DNA of 64,000 nucleotides, from the NCBI GenBank assembly GCA_002269645.1, contig NIVC01003792.1, positions 12,593 through 76,592 on the forward strand, written 5' to 3'. Positions 36,362 to 53,100 of this stretch are shown one piece after another. The notes below the pieces were generated by a model. That model did not search any database. It was not told where the DNA came from and was given only the letters and a program-made list of their open reading frames with translations. Source of the DNA: Macrostomum lignano (lineage: Eukaryota). Every line of letters begins with the position of its first letter. Positions within the stretch are counted from its first letter, which is position 1. The position numbers were made by a program, and so were the translations under genes.

Positions 36362-37133
36362 TCAAGGTTGGCTCAATGCTCTCGAAGGATCCAAGTAGCA
36401 CTTCTTCGTGAGTCTGGACACTGTTTCCGAGACTGTGCTGAACCGTCGGTGCCCATGCTGTACCGGAGTGTTCTTCAAACGGTAGGCAACACTGGTCATC
36501 ATGCTTAGGATATCGTTGCACTGGTACTCATCTGAAATAACTTTACTAAGAGCCTGGACGTAAAGCGAGCCCTTGCTCTCATCCCGAAAAGTGACGTTTC
36601 CTTCCGTATTAGCAAAGCACATTAGAGTATCGGCGTCACAAGCGCGAGCGGGCACGCTCGATGACTGCGGCGCATCAACTGCTAAGCCTCTGCTCGAACA
36701 CGAATTTTCCTCGATATGCTGGAAAGAAGAATAATTTGGGCTTGTCTCGCAGAGCCTCGCACTCGTTGGCCCGAATCGTGTCGTGATTGAAGAGATTTCC
36801 ACTGGCACGCCTTCTCGATCATAGATCCAGCCGTTACTTCCGTGACCCATCACAAATAAAATAAAGCAGCCAATCTTACTCAGCTCATCCCTCCGGGTGA
36901 GCTCGTCGTTGATAAACTCGAAGATTTCATGGCTCTTTGGGTTAAATTTCTTCACGTCAAAATTAAGTCTGGTAAACAAAGTTGACAAAATTTCAACATC
37001 TATCTCGGATCCGACTCGATCGGAAAATTCAGACTCGCAGTTGTACTTGTGCACATTGATCAAGAGAAAGCGGCGCGTTGGCTGAGTCACTGGGTAGGCT
37101 TCATCCCCTGCTCCAGGATCGAGCATGTGTAAT
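36362..37133 (-). CDS. Caspase-like terminal exon, catalytically dead, with paired compensating frameshifts across the active-site loop
   Basis: p20 features (FLLINVHKY, GSEIDVEIL, FILFVMGHG) and p10 features (DADTLMCFANTEG, GSLYVQAL, VSETVSRLTKKCYL). No QACRG in frame; the alternative frame over ~36771-36690 reads ANECEALRDKPKLFFFPAYRGK. Preceded by a phase-2 acceptor TTTTTAG at 37134. Confidence 0.85.
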
Positions 37134-37499
37134 CTAAAAAAATTGTTTTATTTTTGTAAAACATGGCTTAAGTTGCAGAACCATGTACGAGCTCGTATTT
37201 TTTATATTCAATATCAAATACTTGTAATGCATAAGCTGGGTGCCAAAAATATAGGCTAACATATTTTGTAGCTCGATAAAACATTAATTCCCGTAAGGGC
37301 AACTCCAAAAAGCTCTTTCTCAGCTGTTTGAGAGCCTCGCTTCTCTCGTAAGCATAATAGACGTCATGATACTTTCCAGCGCGTTGTGCGACTCCTCTGG
37401 CGACACCGTGGACAGCTCCAGATATTCCAGCTCCAGTATTCCCTGCGGCAAGTCCGCAGGCTCCGGAGGCAGTCCTCCTGCTTCCCTCAAGGGCCCAGT

Positions 37500-43030
<5,531 letters not shown>

Positions 43031-45242
43031 TGCTAATTGAATATCTTTTGATTTTGTAACTAGAGTTACATTTTCAAAATCGTCCGTTCCTGTACTAGTA
43101 TCGTCTCTAAGGTCCAGCTTAGTGCCATGCAACCAGCAAAATAGATGTCCTTGGACAGCGTTTCAAATGCTATGAGTACATTACTAGTAAGTTTACTTGT
43201 CAATATCATATTCTTAGCTCGTGTTTGCATACACGAAAATTTGAATCAACAAAAAATTTCTGATTGTCCTAGAATATATTATTTCCCTCAAATTTGATTG
43301 TAGCAACCATTGAAATACTTTAGACTTTGCATAAGCTGAAACAATGAAGTAGGCAGCTGAACATAGTTGCAAGTTTCAGTGTCATCTTTTTTCGATTGTA
43401 TTACTATGTTCTATAATTTCATTCGGAATTTTCGGTCCGAAAGTTAGGTCAGAAACCAATCAGAGACAAGAAAATATTCTGAAAGTTTGAATCCATTTGA
43501 TTTCACATAACTAGCTGGCAATCACATTAAAGCAAAATGTCTTTTCACCGTACTCTTTTAAAGCATTCTGTCAGTTCAAAAAATAAAAAGCACGAACATT
43601 GTCTAAACCATAGATTTATGCGGGAAAGTACTTAGCTCTTTTATTAGCAAATTTCATGTTTGAAAGCGATCGAATGTGTGATAATTGTGTCAAACATTTA
43701 CGTAAGTAAATAGACATCGGGGTTAAAATCTTGAGAACCTTATAGTCTTCTCTTTGCAGCAAGGGCCAAAACGGTATGTGGATAATACGAACTGCCTGGG
43801 CCGAAAAGCACGCCCAGCCAAAAAAACCATACAAGTATAACATTTTTTACACATATTTTAACAAGAAACAACTATAAAAATATAACAAAAACATTTATCA
43901 CATACTATCCTTACACTGTAAGGAGACATTGGGTTGAAATCACAGCGACTACAACCAATACTCACGTTCAATCGACAATAGGAGTACGAGTATAACAAAA
44001 TGTATAAATGGATAGTTTCCATAAATACATGTATTCATATTGTTAAAAAAGCCATTGAAGACTTGACTGGGACAGGGGTTACAAATTTTTTTGAAGGCCG
44101 ATTTTTCAAACTGCTGCCATTTTTTTTTCTTTGCAGATAAAGAGCTGATTCTTTCACCAGGTTGTCCAGAATTTATTCCAGTTTTATATAAAATATTAGT
44201 TTGTAGCTTTAAAAGCATTTTTGCGGAATAAAAGTACAGTAGAGACATGTACCCCTAGAAATTCCAAAAGCTACGAAGCTAGGACACTATGAAGATGATC
44301 CTACTGCTCTTTAAAAGTTACTCAAGATGACTAATTACTCAGAACTAGGCATACATTCATTCTCTACACAGTAACAAAAAAACAACGCAAAGACAATCGC
44401 ATCCTGCAGACCTGCTGTAGGAAGCTGTAGCGAAAAGTTTTGTATAAAACTTGAAAGAAATAAACCTAGAGAATAATAAGTGATTTGTATTTACAAACTA
44501 CAATAAACATGTAAATAATAATTTAAAAAATGCAAAACGAAAACTTCTAAAACTTTACAAAAACTGTAAAGCACAAGCTAAACGATCTCTACTACAAGCA
44601 ATAAAGCACAAAATGCAGCTGGCTAATTGCAGCCTGCGATCCTGAACTGAAAAACTGAAAATTCTAAATTGTCAATACTTAAAAACCATCTTTCGCTCAA
44701 TAAATAAAAAAATATGTTTTTCTATGCTACATAGTCGAAGTATTATGCAAAACAAACTCCTAAAACGCACAACAGAGAAAAACAGCACAACGAAACAACC
44801 TAGCTCACACGAACAAAGGAAGGACATAAAGGCCTTGATCTTAAACTAGAAAACACGGAATAGAAATATCAAAAACGCTTAAAAATATAACAAAATACTA
44901 GCGATGTAAGGACCATTTTTGCCACAAGAAAACTGGAAAATGTTGCGAAGGTATTAACTAGTAAAATAGTAACTAGTAACCACAAATAACAGGCTGCTTC
45001 CATAAATATTCATCTGAATCCTGGTCTTGTCATTCCTAGAATTCTGATCCAAACATCTTATTCTCGATCACCTTAACTAAATAACGTAACTAAAGAAACT
45101 GGTTGTAGCGCAGAAACAATAAACTTTAAGCAATTTCAGCGCAATACACTTTAACTGCGCGGGAGTGCTAAAATACATGTAGCGCTACAGTGGCAATTAT
45201 GGCAGAGACCAAGATTAACTTGCATTATAAATACTGAACTAC

Positions 45243-48138
45243 TCAGCCTGAGGGCACAAGCTTTCGCAAGCGCCGCTGACTTGAATCGGGCGGACGTCCA
45301 TCAGCCTGTGACTCGCGTCGCACCAATCCTTTAAAGAAGGTATTTGCTAGACGCCTAGATACGTGGGTCAATTGCCCCGACTGCAGCTGGACATCCATGA
45401 ACGCATCGAAAACAATTAAAAAGACAGACCGGAAGTAGTTGACGCAACGAGGTGTTGCAGCGTTGAAGTAAGCGTAGCATAGGCAAGCAAATACCACCAG
45501 CCACTCAGGAGGGTGACACAGCTTCCCTCGTGAAAGAAGCGAAGTGAATTCACTGCTACAGGCTGGTTCGTAAACCGTAGCAGCCTGACAGTCGAGCTTT
45601 TCCTTAAAGGCCACGTAGCCACTGATAAAATATAGCGCTGCATTCTCCGCGTCAGAAATGTTGTCGGACAGTTGTGGGAGATTGTCAACAATTTTCCAGT
45701 CTCCCTGCGAAATTTCAGCAGAGCAACAGGCCAACGGTTGATGGTCGTCACAGACTAACTCCAATTTACTGTAAAGTTGCATTCGGCGTAGCCGCGCACT
45801 GGCCAAAATTTGATCAACGGATATATAATAACACCCGCCGTGGCCTTGCCGATAAATAGAAAACTCCCCCTCAAGCCGGTCAGTCTGCAGCTCACCTAAA
45901 AATTTTTGAAGTTAGTGCCTGGGTATGCAGGTCATATTTATTGAGTGTCAATTTATTATGGCAATAACAATACCAAAAAATTCCCGTAATGTTACGGGAA
46001 ACAGGGAGTAGTGAATAATACTACGTACCGAGCAACACGTACGAAAACCCTACTTTCATCAGCAAATGTCTAGACAAATCAGCCAGGCCGTTCGCAGTCT
46101 GATGGATAGCCTTGCGTGTCTCAGTAGTCAGCGATCGAGGGCGGCTAGCACCCCTACCACCTGGCATGCGATCAACGACAGCTGCAAAACTGAGCAGCTC
46201 CTGAATTGCACTTGAGTTGGTGCTGCTAATTGGGGCTCGCCGAATGTCATTCAGACGAATGTGGGACTCTGGTGACTTTACGTTTACAACTGTCCAAAAG
46301 TTGAGAACGCGCTCGACGAAGTCGGCAGTCTCAGAATAGCCATTCAGCTGTAATGCTGCAACTGTTTTCTCGTGGAATACATCAAGCACCAGCGAAACTT
46401 TCTGTCTCTCAAGAGGAGAGGGGCGGCACGCGACTGGATTAAGACGTGTCGTCCGTACAATATGATTTCGAGAAGCTTCCTCAAGCCTGGTGATTTCGTT
46501 CCACTTAGCCCGCTTGACTGGCTCTCCAATCACTGGCTGAAAGTCGATCTCACAAAAAGACTGCGTCAGCCAGTTGTTCCGGATGTTCTTCATCAAGTGT
46601 ACTGGGTCGTACAGCAGGAACAGCGGCTGATCGGGATCAGCTGGATTCTTCGCCAACCAGGGAACAGCAGAATCCCCTTGCAACAGTTGGAAGCAGTTGC
46701 GATTGGTGAAGTGGTTGTCACAAATTAGACTGACAACTGTGCCCCCTAGCTGATGTATTAGTTGGACGAGATGCACTACTTGGTCGTACAGGAAGGCTGG
46801 TTGCAAGCTGTAAATGGGTATCAGCCGTGCAACATAAGCGGGACCGCCCATGAACGACTTTACCATCAGCGCCAAAACAGTACGAGCAATTTGACGGGGA
46901 GCATCCTCTGAATACCCAATGGTATGACAGCCACTGAATCGTAGCGACGGCTTGACATACACTTCATCGAATAGAATGATGCAGTACCGCTGCAATGGGC
47001 TACAGTTTTCAAGATGTGACTGCACAATCGACTGGCAGTCACTGTCTGACCCAACACTGCCAAGACCACCAATGTGCCGCTTGAGTGTAGATGGGTGAGG
47101 CAAACAGGTGTACTCTCTCAAAGTTTTATAAGCTCCTCTCCCGGCAAAATAGAACCTGGCTGCAGTCATGATGTCCTCAGAAGTGTATCGGATTCCGTTG
47201 GGATTAAGCGAACTTAGTTTTAGCTGTCTGAGAAGAAACAACTGCTGAGGACTGTAGCTGGTTGAACCAGTAGTAGCTTGCAACGCCTGCAAATGGCTAT
47301 CCAATTCAGCAGACTGAGTAAACTCGGCATGCCTCACCCTATTCAAAACTGCCTCCAACTGGCTGAACCGCTCCATTCGGTGTTGAAAGCCAAGCAGATC
47401 AGAAATGCTGACAGGGGTATTGCGTCGGTGTGCTTCAGCTGCAAAGTTGCTTCTGATGGTAATAGACACCTCGACTGTTCGTTCAGTTACAATCATCAAG
47501 TTCACTCGATCTGACTTTTGCTGCACAAGCCAGTTGTCAGTAACAACACAGGCTAGTTTGGGAACCTGCTCAGTAAAAGTCTGCCATGAACTGATGCGGT
47601 CCTGAGCATTGAATTCTTCTAATTCATCTGGAATAGCAGCTCGCTCGCTCAGAAGCACACAACGTTGAGAAACCTCCCTGGATGATCCTAAATATAAATT
47701 ATGGTTAGTAACAATAGACCCACATCCAAAAGGATATTATTAATGAATAGCATAGCATAAGTCAGATGAATCAGATCTTACTTGGCACAGTTTGGCGTAC
47801 TGCACTGATAGGGACAGATGAAAAGATACTTGGAGGATCAACTGGTCGCAGAAAACGCTTTACTTTTATCATCCGAGCATTTTCAGGCCAGTGTTGGGCA
47901 CAAATCTTTTTTATTGTGGTCACCTATGAAATTTAAATGCACACTTGCTTGACCAAACTTAATAATAGTGCATAAGATAATATATATATTATAACAACAC
48001 ATGTACCTTAACTGAAGTGGGCAAAGCCATCATCCAGGCATCACAATCTGCTTTGTCCTTTGGAAAGCTATAAACAGCAACCTTTGGACCAGTCAAATAG
48101 TTGCCTTTGCAGTTGGGAATGCCGCACTTAAATGGCAT
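45243..48138 (-). mobile_element. THAP-domain P-element-superfamily transposase, 4 exons, apparently intact (~861 aa)
   Basis: Exons 48138-48007 (MPFKCGIPNC..YSFP..W), 47923-47782 (ICAQHW..RPVDPPSIF), 47687-46029 (ILFDEVY, LICDNH, YDPVHLMKNIRNNW) and 45895-45243 (QTDRLEGEFSIYRQGHGG). All junctions are GT-AG and in phase; total 2586 nt. TIRs not identified. Confidence 0.9.
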
Positions 48139-49358
48139 TAACAATGGATAGCTGTAATAATAGGTGATAAGCTGATAAAGATAGGCATAAGCAGTGAGTT
48201 AGATTTCTCAATAGAAGATGCAAAATATAACATTGATTAGGCCTAGAGACTAGGGTGGAGTAGGCCCTAGGATAATTTGGTTAAGGGAAATCTTTGTCCA
48301 GGGAAGAAATGTAAGCAATTGAAATCAATATATACAATATCTATAAATACATAGTTCTTTGAAGTTATGGAATCCAAATGACAACACTTCTGCAATTGAC
48401 TAAAACTACCCTTTTAATTGCAAAAACAAAAGTAGGCTAGCTTATACTACTAGATAGGCCTACCCACCTTACTAGGCCTATATAGGCCCTATTTAATTTT
48501 ATTTAAAAGTTTGAATCTCATTTTTATCTGACAGAGTCACTTAGATTAACATGAACTATTTCCTAAAATGGCATACATAGCTAAGTTTACTTACAAATTT
48601 AAAGTTAAATAGTGGATTATGATTTACAAATCATAAAAGACATTTACATTTAGAAAATTTCATGTGTTTATTCTATCTCTATACAGGGCTTAGACCTTAG
48701 GTTTAATAGCATAGGTGGTACACAGTAGACATGTATTTTGAATGCCTACAACAGCTGTATCAATGAATTTCAGTGGATGAAACCACTTATTAGGGAACTT
48801 GGTTGGAGTATGGATATATAAATATAATTGAGTATGGGCCTATATTATGAATGAGTGTCCATTCTCAAACTTAGCATCTTGTTATCATGTTTGTATGACA
48901 TGAGATATGCTATGGCAATACAAATTTAATTTTTTTATTAGAGAGATTTAATATAGAAGGCCTGATATGCTAGGCCAGGCTGGCTATAGTTTAGCTAGCC
49001 AAAGTGCATATATAGGCCCCCCCTAGTCTATGTAATTTCATGACTACGTCAAAATGTGATAAAACTATATCTATAGAACGTTTTCGCGACTAAAACATAA
49101 TAGAAACCAATAGAACAGGGTCTTAAAAGTAAAATGTTAGATGGGTTTTTTTGAAGCAGGCTTAAATCAATTACAACAGGCTTCTGAATATTAAAAACGT
49201 GAAAATTTGCTATCTCGCCAATGTATTTTGCGGTGAAAATCGGACTTCAAAAAAATTTCCACGAAATCCGAGTGTAACGTCCTCTATCTACTAGTGGTCC
49301 TTGAATTTAGTTTAGTTGTTTAGTTTAAAACTGAATTATTCCAAATTCACTGTTGAGG

Positions 49359-50127
49359 CTACTTTTCTGTGTTCGACTCAAACTCGGAAGCTAGTCCGGG
49401 GTCCAAGAAGCACTTCTTGGATAATCGTGTCAACGTCTCCGACACGACGAATAACCTGTTCCCATCTCTTAGTACTGGGTTTTTCTTGAGACGGTCGTTG
49501 GCAATAGTCAGCATGTCGAGCAGGTGCTCGGTCTTGTGCATCTCTTCAATCACATCGCACACTGTCTGCACGTATGGCGACCCTTCTGTAGGGTTTCTTA
49601 GAGAAGCCTGGCCGCTTGGAGTGGCGAAGCACAACACGAAATCGCTATCCCTCGGGCAGTAATATGCATTAGACACTTGCTGGTCCACCCATGCACCTGG
49701 AATGGTTTCGCAACCCTTTCCTCGGCATGCCTGAATGAAGAAGAGTTTCGGCTTGTTACACAGTCCGGTGCACTCGTTTCCTCGAAACCGTTTAGCGATG
49801 GCCTGGACCTCCCATGCTTCACCATCGATGCCGTAAATGGAGGATTCGTCACCATGAGCCATGATGAAGCATACGAAACAGCCATGGTTAGAAAGGTCCG
49901 GAGAGAGGGCTTTAAGACTTACGATTCGAACGAGTTCATTGCAAGTTAGATCTTCGTGAACCTCGACAATAAAATTTAAGCTGGTAAACAATCTCTTCAC
50001 TCTATCCACGTCTAATTCCGAGCCAATTCTTTCTTCAAATAGCGCGCGATTTCTATATTTTTTTATGTTGATGATCAGACAGAAGCCCTGAGGTGAGGTA
50101 ACTGGATAAATGGCCTCCTTGTTTCGT
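49359..50127 (-). CDS. Caspase catalytic domain exon (p20+p10), active-site residues intact
   Basis: IYPVTSPQGFCLIINIKKY, GSELDVDRV, CFIMAHG (His), KPKLFFIQACRG (Cys), DSDFVLCFAT, GSPYVQ, VSETLTRLSKKCFL. The frame is open upstream of the ORF-track GTG start to a phase-2 acceptor at 50128. Confidence 0.95.
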
Positions 50128-53100
50128 CTGGAATTGTTGAATTACGATTTTGTAGGTCGTAATGTAGCTTCGATATTATTTAAATGCAGTTATTTTAGTC
50201 AGTTCAAAGAGGGCCGTTGAGTACCCCTGCAAAATGAAGGCCTCAAAATAAAGAATCCTGAAGGTAAACAGCAATACCTATTCCTCTAACCCCTGAGCAC
50301 GCGAACGCACACGGATACGTACAAAGGCACACACTCACACAATGTAAGCAACCCTGACTTTCTTATCGTCAAACATGTACACACTCTGTACCTCGGAGAT
50401 TGTCAAGAATAATTTGATAAGCTTGATTTTCTCGCAAAAGCCCAAAGTCACTCGTAATTTGGCTTGGCACGAGAGTCAGACACCTTCCTGCTCACCTACT
50501 TTCACTCAATTCAGACACCATGCTTTGCTAACTGCCAAAATCCGAACATAAAAATTTTTTTTAGTCTAGCGCAAGAGTAAAAGAGTGCATGCACCCAGAG
50601 CTCACCTGTTCAGATCGTTTAACTTTTGTGTCGCAGCTTGGAACGAAACTCTAGGTTCCTGTGAAGGATAAACTTCAGTTTGTTCAGCGGGTCCAGTAGG
50701 TTCCTGTGAAGGATAAACTTCAGTTTGTTCAGCGGGTCCAGTAGGTTCCTGTGAAGGATAAACTTCAGTTTGTTCAGCGGGTCCAGTAGGTTCCTGTGAA
50801 GGATAAACTTCAGTTTGTTCAGCGGGTCCAGTAGGTTCCTGTGAAGGATAAACTTCAGCTTGTTCAGCGGGTCCAGTAGGTTCCTGTGAAGGATAAACTT
50901 CAGTTTGTTCAGCGGGTCCAGTAGGTTCCTGTGAAGGATAAACTTCTGTTTGTTCGATGACTCCTGACTGTGCCTCAGTACTGGAGTTTAATCGACGAAT
51001 ACCTCGCGGCTTTGGAATCGGATGCGGAGGCACAACCGGCGGCTGTGCTTTATGGGGCTTAAATAAACCCTCAGATTGGCCAGAACAAACGTCATATTCC
51101 ACGTCTCTATGGTCGTTGGAGTCGAAACTTTGAGCACTGTTTAAATGTGAGATTCGGTGATCATCTATTGCATGTATACTTTTTAATAGGATATTTCAAG
51201 TTAACTTACGAGGCAAATTCGTTACACTCGTCGAAATCACGGTGAGGCTCATCCAGCTGATCGTGAGGCTCTGAGGCTTCAGTTTTGCTGCTTTCCTTTT
51301 CTTGTATTGAGCCGACTTCCAGAATTTTTCTGTAAAAACAAGACGCAAAATCTAATGGTGGACAAAAGAACCCCCATCATCGTTGAAACTTTACCATAAT
51401 ACGAGCGTAGGAACAACAAAACGATAGTTTCAGCTGTTGCTGTTGCAAAGTTTTTTTGAGATAGATGCTTAAAAAATCTTACTTTTGTTTTTCGAAAGCC
51501 GCTCTTACGGCCGCCTTGAAAAGGCTATCTAGCCCCGATCTTCTCAGAGCCGAGCACTCAATGTACAATTCAGCGCCAATATCTTTGGCCAGAGCTGTCG
51601 CCTGCAAGCTGCTGATGGGAGCAAGCCGCTTTCTGTGCAGTTTCTCCATTTCAACTCTATCGTCGAGCGCATCCATCTTGGTCCCAACCAAAATTATTGG
51701 AGTGTTCGAGCAGTGAAGAGCTATCTCTGGAAGCCATCGGGTGCGCACGCTGTCAAAGGTAGCGGGACTGGCAATGGAGAAGCAGATGAGGACGACGTCT
51801 GTCCCTTCATAGTTTCCCGGCCGCATTCGGTCATAGTCTCTCGAGCCACTGTTATCCCACAGGCCAACGCGAATCGTATATCCATCTACCTGAACCTCTT
51901 TTGATAAGCAGTCGTCGGTCTCAGTAGGAACATACTCAACTGGGCAGAGTCCTTCAGCATAGGCCACGAGCAGACAGGTTTTGCCGACCTTCTCGTCACC
52001 AACGACATTGATTTTTAGTTTCAACGCAGGGACAACGGCAGCTATGTTTTTGTTCCGTTCCTCTTGCTCTGCTTTCATTTGAACCTGTCTCTTTTTTAAC
52101 GCTCTAAAACGATTCGATGTTTGTTGATTTTTAGATGAAAACTAGGATAAAATTATAACGCTTTTATCATTGATTTAGAAGTTTCATGCAAAAAATATGT
52201 ACCTGTCAGGTACTGGAGGCAGAAGCTGTGGTGGTGGCAGAGGTATGTCCTGGGCTTGTGGTAGAGGCCTTCAAAGGTGTAGAAATGTTTAAGTTATATA
52301 GTTGCGTTCAATTATCAGTTAACTGAAGTTGATTAATCGTGTAAAGCACTACAATTAGGTTGAATATTCTTCGATGAAGGCTCAATAATAGGCTTTATAA
52401 TTCAGAATTTACAATAAATTAGCAATAATCTATATAAGGTCGTTGGACTAATAGCTTAGCTCGTACAGAGAAATTGCAACAAAAATAAGCCAATTGTCAA
52501 AGCTTGGTCTTATCCCAGAGGTTGTCAAACTCCGGCCCTCAAAGCCTCTCTTTCCGCCCCTCCAGTCCTTTGAAACTTCACAATCGCAATCCCATCCGCT
52601 CTCTTCTCAGCTCTCTTTTCATTTTCTCTTCTCCTTTCTCATTTCCCCTCTCCCCTCTATCCTCTCTCCCATCCTCTCCTTTCTTTACTTCCTTCTCTTA
52701 TCTCCCCTCTCCACTCTTTACTCATTCTCCTCTCCGGTCTCGTAAGGGATCTTTGGTCTCACAGTCCTTATTGTTTCGCGGGCCAGTTTTTGGTTTGCAA
52801 ATCTAAACTGTGACAGTTGAAATTGTGACTAAACTGTTTATTAAACTTGTGCACTACACACGCTCGTATTAACTATCTAAGGTGCTCTGTGGAGGGAATT
52901 TCAAGGAAGAGCATTGCAAATATATCCAGAAAGACACACTAAGAGAATCTTTCATGCCTACCTCTGACCAAGGTCGTCAGTCTTGAACGGTCTTTGTTGA
53001 ATTGTGTCTTGTTTGTTAGATTCCGATGGCTCATCATCAATAAAGTCGTACACATATTCTTCCTCGGTAGCCTCCATGTTGTAGCAGCTTGCATAAGTCC

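Noticed and set aside
43600-49100. Candidate P-element TIRs (CATAGA at ~43609 and its complement at ~49027)
   Set aside because: Only a 6-bp match and the flanking 8-mers do not form a TSD.
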